In this document: piece after piece, positions 34,515-48,495 of the stretch
How the letters are laid out: every line of letters begins with the position of its first letter
Numbering within the stretch: the stretch's first letter is position 1
From: Epithemia pelagica
Lineage: Eukaryota; Protista; Bacillariophyta
NCBI GenBank assembly: GCA_946965045.2
Contig: OX337233.1
Span: 2,046,001 to 2,110,000 of the forward strand
Reading direction: 5' to 3'
DNA: 64,000 bases
Translations under genes and position numbers: made by a program
Notes under the pieces: generated by a model
The model's database searches: none
Seen by the model: only the letters and a program-made list of their open reading frames with translations
Told to the model about the DNA's origin: nothing

Positions 34515-36236
34515 CTAATCTACATCCACTCGCACCCGGTCGCCGTTATCAACTACATCGGTGGTCAGGGCATCAACGATAGGGAGCTCCTCTAGTTTGC
34601 CGTCATCCACAATGAACACTGGTGGAGTGTCTTTGGGAGTGCTGAATGCAAATCTAGCTTGGAGCCCCCGTCTACGTCGTTCTTGGTAAGACATGGGCGG
34701 GATCGCATCCATGATGCTTTCACTCCTCATGTCTGTGCCCTGGTCCATATCGTCATTTGCAGTTGATAGGTCGGTGGGGGAGATTGATGAGGAGGTTGTC
34801 CATGAGAAAACCGAGGACCTTGAGCTTACCGAGGTAGTCGAACATGGGCGGCAAAGGAGGACCCTTTCGTCGTCGTCCAACTCATCAGTGCTGGTTGTTT
34901 TGTTGTTCTTGAACCGGTGAAATCTCGGCTTATGGCGACAGGCGCCGTAAACCTCGTTGCACTTGTTAATTGCCAATTTCGGGTTCTTTCGTGTGAATTT
35001 CAGTATCTCTAGCCTCTCTTTCGCGCAGAGTTTACAGTTCCGTGTCCCAAACGTCTTGACTGTGGATAGTGGTTTGCCTTGCCATAGGATATCAACTTTG
35101 AGTTTGACGTGTTGTTTGATCTCTTTTTTCTCGATGCCTCGTGGGACAAAGCACGCAAAATGACTCGCGAAAGAGTCTGATTGTTTGTTTTGGAGTACAA
35201 GAGCCTTGACGTCTTGTACGTGTTGCTGCAAACGTTTCTTTACGTGTTGTTGCGTGTTCCCAATGTACTGTTTACCTGTTTGGAGGCAGGTAGCTCTGTA
35301 GACAACTATCGATCTCCTGCAGCGGCCACCGTACGGGCATGCCTCTCTATTCCTGCAGTTGCAGTCGAGGTCTTCGAAGTCCAGTGAATTGAGGCCGTCT
35401 GCTAGTTTTGAGTTCAAGTCCCCTTGAAACAGTTCGCGGATGTTATTGAAGCGGTGGTAGGACATGGATATGCGTAGCCACGAAAGGGAGGGGAATTTGG
35501 ACTTGATCTCCTTTATCACTTTGTGAATTGGTTTTCTCCAAAAGTCTGTGAAACCGATCTTGAAGTAGATCGCCCTCTTACGGTCTCGCTCTCGTCTCTT
35601 CTTCAACGCTTGTGATGCCGTGTCTTCCTTTTCCTTTGCCATTTTTTCTTTGGACTCGCCCAGAGTAGGAATTTGTTCGGGTTTGATGAGTTTGGCATTG
35701 TTTAGGGCTTCGAAGTGGGTAGGATAGAGTTCGGAAAGCTTGCAGTTGGTGTTGTCGTTGTCAAGGGAGGTAAGTTTCGTGAGTCTCTTGAAGACGCCGC
35801 TTGGGATTGCTTTGAAACACCCAGGGGTGTGAGCGCTCCCCTTGTTAAGGTATTTCAACTGTTGGTTTTCTTTCAGGTGGACCTTGAAGGAGAGTTTGGA
35901 GTTGGAGTTCCAAAACATCTCCATGTCTAGGAAAGGGAAGGATTCGGACTTGGCAATCGTCGCACTGGGGGACTCGATTGTTTCTGGATCGTGGAGGTTG
36001 GTTGGATCCCAAATTACGGCTGTGAATTTGAGGAATTCATTTCCCGCTACATCGTTAATGTCGGTTTGAAAGGCTTTGAGCCAGTCTTGGATTTGCTTCG
36101 TTGAGAGTTGGCCCTTGAATACTGCTAGGCCATCATCTCGGTACATGCCGAAATAGTGCATGGGGTCGTGGATAGAATCGTAGGTTGCTTCTAGTAGGAA
36201 TGACATCACTAGATCTGCCAACCAGGCTGATTCGTA
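34515..36236 (-). CDS. Partial Penelope-like reverse transcriptase / GIY-YIG endonuclease ORF
   Basis: Uninterrupted frame of about 570 codons with RT motifs from B onward and the endonuclease. Confidence 0.85.
   Translation of the reverse strand, partial: YESAWLADLVMSFLLEATYDSIHDPMHYFGMYRDDGLAVFKGQLSTKQIQDWLKAFQTDINDVAGNEFLKFTAVIWDPTNLHDPETIESPSATIAKSESFPFLDMEMFWNSNSKLSFKVHLKENQQLKYLNKGSAHTPGCFKAIPSGVFKRLTKLTSLDNDNTNCKLSELYPTHFEALNNAKLIKPEQIPTLGESKEKMAKEKEDTASQALKKRRERDRKRAIYFKIGFTDFWRKPIHKVIKEIKSKFPSLSWLRISMSYHRFNNIRELFQGDLNSKLADGLNSLDFEDLDCNCRNREACPYGGRCRRSIVVYRATCLQTGKQYIGNTQQHVKKRLQQHVQDVKALVLQNKQSDSFASHFACFVPRGIEKKEIKQHVKLKVDILWQGKPLSTVKTFGTRNCKLCAKERLEILKFTRKNPKLAINKCNEVYGACRHKPRFHRFKNNKTTSTDELDDDERVLLCRPCSTTSVSSRSSVFSWTTSSSISPTDLSTANDDMDQGTDMRSESIMDAIPPMSYQERRRRGLQARFAFSTPKDTPPVFIVDDGKLEELPIVDALTTDVVDNGDRVRVDVD
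34849..34893 (-). ncRNA. Minimal type I hammerhead ribozyme candidate
   Basis: GCA-CUGAUGA-GUUG(GACGA)CGAC-GAAA-GG(GUCCU)CCU-U-UGC. The core is conserved and stems II and III form, but stem I is only 3 bp. Confidence 0.6.
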
Positions 36237-36903
36237 TAATGTGCAAAATCAAAAGAAATTTGACAGAAATAATTTTTACATTTTTCAGGAAAATTTGGGA
36301 ATAACCGTATGGACAGCAGACGGGAGGTACCCCCGCAATCGGAGGGATTCTATTGTATGCCTCCAAGGAAAAAAAAGGTCTATTTTAACGCTGCCGCGCG
36401 GACCCGCTAGAGGGTGCCGTCGACCGACGCGCCTGCCCACCCGCTGATCTTATCCGCGACTCAAAGTACACCTTGCGGTTCGTGTTGAGTGTTGACGTCA
36501 TCCTTCACGGAGGCGAGCAGACGTTTTTCTTTCTGGATCTTTGCGGGAGGAGGACTCGGCATTTGACTGTATGCTGGAAAGTACAAGATACCGCGACTGC
36601 AACCCCACACTCGACCACACGCCATGATAATGATACACAGAGCACATGGCGATCGCAAAAAGGGACAAAGAACAAACTGCTTTCTCGAGTATCATCATCC
36701 CCAAAGAAGAAGACGAAGGGGTACCAAAGAAGGTGGAAAGAGTCAACACTTGTGTAGGGACTACCGCACAATCGAAACAGCAACGCAGTAACAGGGCACT
36801 GTTGTGACTGGGCAGGAGAAGAAGAAGAGTCTCTTGCCTCTCGTTACGTAGACTTGACAACCACAACCACAACCACACCCAACCATTCTTCTACCAGTGA
36901 ACC

Positions 36904-39834
36904 ATGAATGTCCCATGTTCGGCACTGAGACCACCATGCTCCGCACCTTTGCAATCCGGGTCATTTTCTCGGAGCAAGTTGCTCATGACAGCTGCGTTAT
37001 GGGCATACGGTGTCATGGTCCTGACACGGTATAGCGAGTCTTCGGTAGGGGACTTGTGGTTATTCTATCCAATGCCAGTTCCAAGGAGGAGTGCCACATC
37101 CTTCGCTGGTTCACTCGTTGTGACTGCCTTGTCGGTGACGACACAACCAAGAAGGAGAAGAGGTCGAATCCATTTGAACTCTAGACGACAGGACAACGAT
37201 TTTTCAAACCCAACCAGAATGAGAAGGTCATTGAATCGCCGCAATCCAAACCGTTTCACAACACCACAACCAACATCCACATTTGTTTCCCCCTCTGCCT
37301 TGTCCGCTGCCTCGTCTTCATCTTCTTCCTCCTCGGAGAAGGAGTCGATTCGACCGCGGCGTCGCAATGACACTACCAACAATAGTCCCACCAAGAAGAA
37401 ATTGCAACCCTGGACCACCAAGGATTCCACCTTTACGCGCGATACCTTGCTCCAACATGAGATTTTGACCATGGAGCAAGAACAAACCTTGGGACGAGCC
37501 TTGCAACGGGCCTTGGCCATTCAACGACGGATGCAACGCTGGCAAGAACAACAACAACAAGCCAACACCAACACCAACAAGAGCAGCACCAACAACAATT
37601 TTTCCCAATCTCCAAAGGGGACCAAAAAGAGAAGCAAACGTTTGAGAAAGCCCTTGTTGCAGTTCCCCAATCAACCATCGCAACCATCCTTTGGTCCCGG
37701 TATTGGCACGACAACAATCACCACCACCACACGGTCCCGATTGGAACTCATTCCTCCCAAGGAAGCTCATCGCCGGCAACAACAGCAGCAGCAGCCGCAA
37801 CCAGTTCGGTCCTCCAACGAGGCGGACAGCAACAACAACGACAAGGACGCCGTTGTAGACTTTACAGAAGAAGAATTGGTCTTTGAGTTTTTCGAGGAAC
37901 AGCAAGACGAGGATGACCATGACGCAACTCACATGACCATTTTGCAATTGCAACAGTTGCAAGAATTGGAGGAATGGAACAAGGATCATCAAGAGATTTA
38001 TCAAGAGTTGCTCTTGGAACATCCAACACGTGTGCACGATCTACAAGATGATGACGATGATGATGATTCGGTAGACTATGAATATTCGTTCCTCCAGGGC
38101 GACGAGACGGATCCAATCCTCAATGGCCGCCATTCCACCACTGGGAATGTCTTCCAGAATGGCTTTGTTGCAAATGGCCGTGTGGCAAATGGTATTCACA
38201 AACATAATGGCCATACTGTCAATGGTGCTCGGGAGAAGAATGGATACTCTGTGAATGGGGCCCCGAACAAGAATGGACACTTTGTGAATGGTGCTCCGGA
38301 CAAAAATGGTCACGCTGTCAATGGTGCTTGGGACAAAAATGAACGCTCTGTGAATGGTGGTCAGGACAAAAATGGATACTCTGTCAATGGCGTTCAAGAC
38401 AAAAATGGTCACACTGTCAATGGTGCTCGGAACAAGAACGGACATGCTGTCAATGGCGTTCAGAACAAGAATGGTCACGCTGTCAATGGTGTTCGGGACA
38501 AAAATGGATACTCTGTGAATGGTGCTCAGGACAAAAATGGATACTCTGTCAATGGCGTTCAAGACAAAAATGGTCACGCTGTCAATGGTGCTCAGAACAA
38601 GAACGGGCATGCTGTGAATGGCGTTCAGAACAAAAATGAACACTCTGTAAATGGATATCACAAAAAGAATGGACATTCTGTAAATGGCCGTACAGGGAAT
38701 AGGACTGAAAAGAACGGGTTCAAGAATGGGCATGCAAATGGATATTCTGATCAGGAGACGATTTATGCCAATGGCAAGGAGTACGTTAATGGAAACCATC
38801 TTCTGGACGATTTGAATAACAGCAATGGATATGACAATAATAATGGATCGGGCAAAAGTCGTGAGTTTTCCTTGTCCGATGAAGACGTGAAACTTCATTT
38901 GGGATTGGCGGGTGGCTACGCCGAACTGCAATCTATATTGATGGAAGGTGCGATTGCTCGAGATACTTTAATTCGGAATAATTTGCGTTTGGTTGTTAGC
39001 ATTGCCAAGAAATGGACGAAACATCATCACAATTTTGGCAATTCGGATGTACCGTTGCGTTCGTCGTACGAAGGAACATGGGATCGACCCAGTCTCGACG
39101 AAGCGATTCAAGAGGGCATTATTGGTTTAGCGGAAGCAGCTGATCGCTTCCAACCGGAAAAGAATTTCAAATTCACCACATATGCCACCTTTTGGGTCAC
39201 CAATTACATTCGGAGATGCTTCCAAATCGCCTCGACCAATGGCCTGCGAGCTCCTGATGTCTATTATCAAGTGCGACGAAAATACAATGCCTTGATCAAA
39301 TCGCACGTTGAAGCGGGAGAGTCGGTCCCGTCTGTGTCGGTGTTGGCCGAGGCGCTGGAAGTGACACCCAACCGTTTGCAAAAGATTTTGCGGACCACGC
39401 AATCGCATCGATCTATTGATACAAAACTGGGGAATGCTCCGTTCACAGCTGCAGGCAAGGCGGGAAACCAAGGTGGTGACGGGAATGGCGAAACGTTGTT
39501 GCGAGATACCTTGATTGATTCGAACGAACTGTCTCCGGAGGATCATTTGGAACTTGGCATGTTGCGACAAACACTGGAATTGGCGTTGTCCTGTGAACTG
39601 ATCCCCTGGGAACGAGAAGTGGTTAAACTACGCTTGGGATGGGACGATGGCTTTAGTCGCACGGTGCCCCAAATAGTTCAGGAATACGGTGGAACCGTGA
39701 GTCATAGAGAGGTCCGATCCGCCGAACATAGGGCCTACAAGAAATTACGCTCGCCTCATTCCCTTTCCACATACAGACTCTTGGCCTATTTGGACTTTGC
39801 AGGCATTGATCGAGCTGATGCATTGTTGAGATGA
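36904..39834 (+). CDS. Nuclear-encoded plastid RNA polymerase sigma-70 family factor with a very long N-terminal extension
   Basis: Region 2: NNLRLVVSIAKK, EAIQEGIIGL, RFQPEKNFKFTTYATFWV. Region 4: EREVVKLRLG...AYKKLR. The true start codon is uncertain. Confidence 0.9.
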   Translation: MNVPCSALRPPCSAPLQSGSFSRSKLLMTAALWAYGVMVLTRYSESSVGDLWLFYPMPVPRRSATSFAGSLVVTALSVTTQPRRRRGRIHLNSRRQDNDFSNPTRMRRSLNRRNPNRFTTPQPTSTFVSPSALSAASSSSSSSSEKESIRPRRRNDTTNNSPTKKKLQPWTTKDSTFTRDTLLQHEILTMEQEQTLGRALQRALAIQRRMQRWQEQQQQANTNTNKSSTNNNFSQSPKGTKKRSKRLRKPLLQFPNQPSQPSFGPGIGTTTITTTTRSRLELIPPKEAHRRQQQQQQPQPVRSSNEADSNNNDKDAVVDFTEEELVFEFFEEQQDEDDHDATHMTILQLQQLQELEEWNKDHQEIYQELLLEHPTRVHDLQDDDDDDDSVDYEYSFLQGDETDPILNGRHSTTGNVFQNGFVANGRVANGIHKHNGHTVNGAREKNGYSVNGAPNKNGHFVNGAPDKNGHAVNGAWDKNERSVNGGQDKNGYSVNGVQDKNGHTVNGARNKNGHAVNGVQNKNGHAVNGVRDKNGYSVNGAQDKNGYSVNGVQDKNGHAVNGAQNKNGHAVNGVQNKNEHSVNGYHKKNGHSVNGRTGNRTEKNGFKNGHANGYSDQETIYANGKEYVNGNHLLDDLNNSNGYDNNNGSGKSREFSLSDEDVKLHLGLAGGYAELQSILMEGAIARDTLIRNNLRLVVSIAKKWTKHHHNFGNSDVPLRSSYEGTWDRPSLDEAIQEGIIGLAEAADRFQPEKNFKFTTYATFWVTNYIRRCFQIASTNGLRAPDVYYQVRRKYNALIKSHVEAGESVPSVSVLAEALEVTPNRLQKILRTTQSHRSIDTKLGNAPFTAAGKAGNQGGDGNGETLLRDTLIDSNELSPEDHLELGMLRQTLELALSCELIPWEREVVKLRLGWDDGFSRTVPQIVQEYGGTVSHREVRSAEHRAYKKLRSPHSLSTYRLLAYLDFAGIDRADALLR
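38203..38697 (+). repeat. Coding minisatellite: 15 x 33 bp encoding KNG(H/Y)(A/S/T)VNG(A/V)x(D/N)
   Basis: Counted directly from the translation, HNGHTVNGARE through KNGHSVNGRTG. Confidence 0.95.
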
Positions 39835-40277
39835 TGCTGTGAAACCAACTTGCGACAAATTCTATGAACTCTTTTGCACATTTGGTCAAACCGAAACATG
39901 AAAGACACGAATGAGGCATCAGAACCACAAGAGATCCAGTTTCGTGACGCGTCACTGATACAAGACACTACGAAAGACGGACGAACTGGACTCTTCCAAA
40001 ACATATTGAGATACAAAACTCATACACACAAACACGAGAGATTAGAAGGAAGAAAACCTGTAAAGGATTCTAAAATTTTTGTCCATGAAAAATCAAATAT
40101 CTTCTGGTCTTCGATGGACGTTATATAGACATAAAATCACTAGAAGAAGCATCAGGAACAGTTCAACAATATTGAGGCATGTGCAAGAGCACTCAAATTT
40201 ATGTATCATTTTGATTTGCTACGGTTTCATTTAGTATTTGATTTGCTTTCCAAAGCGCTACCAGAGACTGTGTTGGT

Positions 40278-43636
<3,359 letters not shown>

Positions 43637-44953
43637 GTCTCTCCTTGATCGATGGTATCTTTATGGCCAGAAAAGGTGCTTGTCTGAATATACTCCACAA
43701 ACCAGTGTCTTGGCGTTGCTTGTTCTTTCTGTTGCTTCTTCGTTACCTCGACAAAGAGAACACAGAGAGAAGCAGACCAAAATCCTCAAAAGATCTGGAA
43801 GGAAAACAGAGACACCAATCACCAATGCACAATGCCGTTGGGTGCTGGGCAAAGAAGAAGGACAGGGCGAAGAAAGGAGAGCCCTCTGTTCCCAGCTGAA
43901 GTTGGACATCACTACGACATTCTTCATGAGCGTACGAGTAGGGCGATCGCCTCAGACCAGCATGAGGTAGGCCTGCGTGGTTTTAGCGCCTGGCGACCGT
44001 TCCAAACCCCGCCAACATACTTCTCAAAGACATCCAAGCAAATTTGGTATTGTGGTGGTGTAGATGGTGATCCCATGGGTCGAAAGGGGTTTTGGTCTGT
44101 GACAAACAGCGTCCAGTTGTCGGCAAACCACCACAAGCCAAAGAATTTCCATTCCCCTGTACAGACACAATCCATTGGCAACTGGGGCATCAATCTTGTC
44201 CCCGTCGTTGTCGGGCTGAGATAGAATCTATCGACAAGCTGGAAAATGAATTTACTCCTCGGAGGAGAAGTACTACTGTGTACTTGCGGGAAGAAAGACA
44301 ATTGTGTACTCCTAGTAGTGTCAGGATGATTCCCCATTGGCCACTGCCATCACCATTACTGCCCCAACCAAAGAAAGAAAACCATTGTATGACGGTGAGC
44401 AGTGTCAAAAGTGGAGGAGGCAACCACAATGGCTTCAGCAGCGTCATGATGAATCAACAGGATATAGAAGTGCTTGTCTTTTCCTCAGCCCAGCAGGACC
44501 GCCAGGGAGGACTTTTGTCATCACCACGACCCAATAACAGCAACCACAACAAACCTTGCCAACCAACACTAGTTCCCGTGCTGGTGTCAGTAGGAGTACC
44601 GGAACATACCGCATAATGCCGGTGGTCAATTCCACCACCACCACCACCACTCAGCAGCCCACACCAACAAGCCACCATAGTTTCTAACAAGGCCACAAAG
44701 TGTTGTGGTTTGGCAAACGAAAACGTGAAAAATAGTTGTACTGCATGCGGTTCATCTCGAATTCGAACGTTCAGCGTCCAAGGTGGGTTCTACCGTTGAG
44801 AAACCCTGCTCGATTTTCACACGCCAAGAGTTCATACGTAGTATTCTGTCATTGTACAGTGTGCTAAAGCTCTCGCACTGTGTCTTGGAAATGATTTTAG
44901 ATGATTACATATGGCTCGTTTCGCCTTGGCAAGATAGAGAATGTGGGATACTA

Positions 44954-46291
44954 CTAATGTGGACCATCGAACAGCGAGGTCAAAAAGATCCGAACTTCAT
45001 CGGTTTCAACAGAGGCTATTTTTTCATGAATCTCCTGCTTCGAGAGTGCATTTCTTTTAGGTGCTCGAGGAATAGTATCGAACATCTCCAGTAGCGTTAC
45101 AGCAAGAAGGTACATATCTGTCTCCTCTTTTGCCTCGAAGCCACCATCTGTGGGATAGTACTTCATTGTGCATTCTCGAATTGGATCCCCGATTTTGACG
45201 GCTGCTCCGTAGTCACCCAAATAGCATTCCTTCTCCAAAAGAAAAATGTTTGATGGCTTAACATCCAAATGACAATATCCGGACGTATGTAGTGTAGACA
45301 CTGCCTTGTGCAGCTGCTTGCCATAACGAAGCAATGCATCTGGAGGCAATGCCATTTTGCACTGTGACAACGTCGTTGGAAAATGCGTCATCAGAAGACC
45401 ACACCTGGTTGCAGGGTGATTCAAATGTTCTGTGAAGTCGGAAGACTCAAACTCGAGCAGCTGCACTTTGACAAGGAAAGTATTTTCATCATGGCTTGCA
45501 GATGAAACAGCACTGAAAACATCCCACTCATGGCGAATAGACTTGCCCGTCGCAACCTTAATAATTCGCGGTACTCCATTATCCAGTGCACGCAAAAGGA
45601 CCGCCTTGGAAGGATCGGGCCCGCGAAAAACGCCAGCCACCTGAATGCCTTTCTCTTCAAGAGCAACTTCGGTCATTGAACGAGGGAGTAATGCTGCCTC
45701 ATAGTACAGATCACGAGCTTGATCCGGAGAATAGACCAGAAAGGCCCACGATGCAAAATGTTTCAGGATCAGTGTCATCACAGATTCGATAGGCGTTACA
45801 TTACACTCTCGAAGCAGCTTTCGGAGTTTTGCTTGCGTAGTCAAACGCGATGGCGGTCCATAACAGATAGATTCTGTGTTCAAACTAGTAATCTGTCCCA
45901 GGTTTTGAGATGGTAGTCGCTGTTGCTGCTGCTGCCGTTGCTGGTGGACCCAACGTGGACGTGCCGCCATAAACGAGAGAATGAAAGTCAAGAACCTGAA
46001 GTGAGAACGAAGGTGAAAGGGAAAAGGCAAAAAACAACAACGAACACAATACCAGACACACAATCACAAATTCTGACTCACTTGTGCCGGTGCCGCCTGG
46101 ACAGGTGGACCCAGCGTATACGTGCTGCCATGGACGAGGGAATCAAAGTCATCAACATTACCCGCCATGCTGTGAACGAAGCACGCTACCCCATACCGCC
46201 GAAGTTTCTTGTCGAGTCCTTCATCACTGCCGACAGTTTCAACATGTTCAATTCCACTCGCATCAATAACGTTGATCGTCTTCGGTGCCAT
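44954..46291 (-). CDS. Crinkler-like Ser/Thr protein kinase with small N-terminal header exon (probable intron 45941-46081)
   Basis: RIIKV, HLDVKPSNI, GDYG and TDMYLLAVTL kinase motifs. The header exon ends DFDSLVHGSTYTLGPP. The exon structure is inferred. Confidence 0.75.
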
Positions 46292-46677
46292 TGCGACTGT
46301 CGTTGGTGCTTCCTGGAGTTGCTGCTAAACACTGGGAGGAGGCGGTATCTCCGTAGTCCGTAGGAGTTCCTTGACATTGACATGTACTTCAGGTTTACCT
46401 GAGTATTCTTTGTTTATTATGTTCATATCCGTATGCTCTCTTGCTATTTGAAATCTGCTCATTTTTGATCCCCTTCATAAAACCCAAAGTACACGTACCT
46501 CCAAGCGGTGCGCGATTCGTGCAGTTTCGTGAATGAACTTCAAGACCACTCACTAGACACCACGACTCAACCATCCGCTAGGAGGTACCACCAATTACTC
46601 CAAATCACGAGACCGAACACAAAAATGACAACGGCAGCCCATGGACACGTACCATAAGAAAAAGAGGACGGACGCTA

Positions 46678-47643
46678 ATGGAAATTGTGCATAAAGAAGA
46701 AAAGAAGGAGGGCGCGGAGGATATTGTTGCGGGAGCAAAGAATTGCATAAGCGACAACAATCACGAGGACATCAATGACAACGACGAGTTCCTGGAAACG
46801 GATGTCGAGGAGTTGGTGGATCTCCCCTCTGAAATTGCCGAGAAAATTGGTAGAGAGCGTTCTTTCGAAACGGAGGAATCTCTCGTAGACGCACTTGAGG
46901 AGGCTGGGTTCGGAGATCTTCCAGTTGTTCTTTTTGAAGGAAAGCCACGATTGATCACGCCGTCGGATCAACACAATGCATTCACAGCGACATATGATAG
47001 AAATTTCACTCTCAGTTGGGCAAAAAACCGATGGGGGTTGTCGACGGCAACGCACAAAATCCACCTGCTCCCTCAAGGACGATCTCGTGATCCTGATTTG
47101 AGCTTCTGGGGTTATCCTCGATGTGTTCGAGACGAAGATAATGACTTGACACTTGCTGTTCCAGGATCTGTTCCAGGATCTGTTCCAGATGCCATTATTC
47201 AGTTCTGTTGGCAAAATAAAGCAGCATACGAAGAGGAAGCTATCAATGATATGATGAACCGATCGCTAGAAAAGAAGCATGGCATCTTATCGGCGTCTCG
47301 CCCAAGTGTTGGTTACCTCATCAAAGTACGATTCTCAAGAAAGAGAACTTTGCAAAATGCAATCAAGGGCTCCAAGACACAAGACATGGAAGGTCTAGAC
47401 ATTTATAGACTACCTCATGGTACTACAATTTCTGATGCGCGAAACCCAAACAATTCTGATGCCCAGCACTGGCGCTACGTTCCAGGTGGTCAGGAGGTGT
47501 ATATTTCCATTACTCCTCAAGAGTTGGGCATCACTGGATTCTGGGCGTGGATTTGCGGTGAATACAAGATCGCAGCTTCAAGGATCTTTGAAAGATTGCA
47601 AAAGTACCATCAACAGCGCCAATCAGAGGGTCTCGCAACATAA
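46678..47643 (+). CDS. Uma2-like PD-(D/E)xK nuclease-fold protein
   Basis: Acidic N-terminus, then PSDQHN, RDPDLSFW, PDAIIQFCW and VGYLI, in the order expected for the Uma2 fold. The usual ExK/EVxS is replaced by QxC. Confidence 0.55.
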   Translation: MEIVHKEEKKEGAEDIVAGAKNCISDNNHEDINDNDEFLETDVEELVDLPSEIAEKIGRERSFETEESLVDALEEAGFGDLPVVLFEGKPRLITPSDQHNAFTATYDRNFTLSWAKNRWGLSTATHKIHLLPQGRSRDPDLSFWGYPRCVRDEDNDLTLAVPGSVPGSVPDAIIQFCWQNKAAYEEEAINDMMNRSLEKKHGILSASRPSVGYLIKVRFSRKRTLQNAIKGSKTQDMEGLDIYRLPHGTTISDARNPNNSDAQHWRYVPGGQEVYISITPQELGITGFWAWICGEYKIAASRIFERLQKYHQQRQSEGLAT

Positions 47644-48495
47644 CTCTTTTTATGTCAGGACGATGCATCAGCAGCGCCAAGCAAAGGCTCTTTCAAGATG
47701 TCATTCGAAGCCCACACTTTGAAGGTGGCCTCGGAGTTACCGGTGCGACGACGAGCCTCTTCATGAACCAACTCGAGAATGGGTGCAACGGATCCATAAA
47801 TCTTGCACTTTCCCTGTAGAAACTCAGGACCTTGCTCGAGAAAGTACTTACGAGACTCCTCTCGGAAAATGACATTATGCTTCAATGGGTCAAAGCCAGA
47901 ACACCCAGTGACTTTATGCAAATGATTGGGGTGATGTGCCCCGATATCACGACCAATGGTTGCCGGGCCCCTAAAGGCTCTTTTCTTCTTAAAGATTCGT
48001 CTCTTGTTTTGCGGCTCGCAACATAAGTGTTGTAACTCTTTCTATGTCAGAACGATTGCTTGACGCAACGATCAAGTTTTCTGACCTTCCAAACAATTAT
48101 CCTGGGCAAAAAACAAAAAGAACGAGCAAGAAATCTCACACACTTGTAGTATGTCTGGGTTTATATTATATGGATCGATTTTTGAGAGTGACATTTCCCA
48201 CCTTCGCGATTGTACAACCCTCTGTATCAGTGTCCAATAGAGCTCTTACCCGCGCTATGGATCAGCTGATCGGATCAACTGATCCAAGGATCCGCAGTCC
48301 GCACCGATTGACCACCCCGAATCATCATCATCCGGTGACTCTCAGGGTGAGCGATCATCCGCCGTTCCATACTGTCTTCTTCCTTTGTCGCTCCATGGTC
48401 GCTCTTTTTGCTTTTCGTCTCAGCGAAGCACGAACATTGAGCTTTGTGGTTGATGCAGTTGCCCTTTTCGTCCACGAGTATCACGAGACATTAGT

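Larger units (their letters stand above)
34400..36238 (-). mobile_element. 5'-truncated Penelope-like retroelement (RT plus GIY-YIG); 3' boundary uncertain
   Basis: Coding starts abruptly at YESAWLADLV within the RT, then YRDD and FPFLDM, a CNC..CP..C linker, and GIY-YIG motif VVYRATC...YIGNT...KRLQQH. Confidence 0.88.

Noticed and set aside
47655-47921. 88-aa minus-strand ORF next to the Uma2-like gene
   Set aside because: It has a non-ATG start, the upstream frame is closed and no motif was recognised. It may be a relic but cannot be supported.
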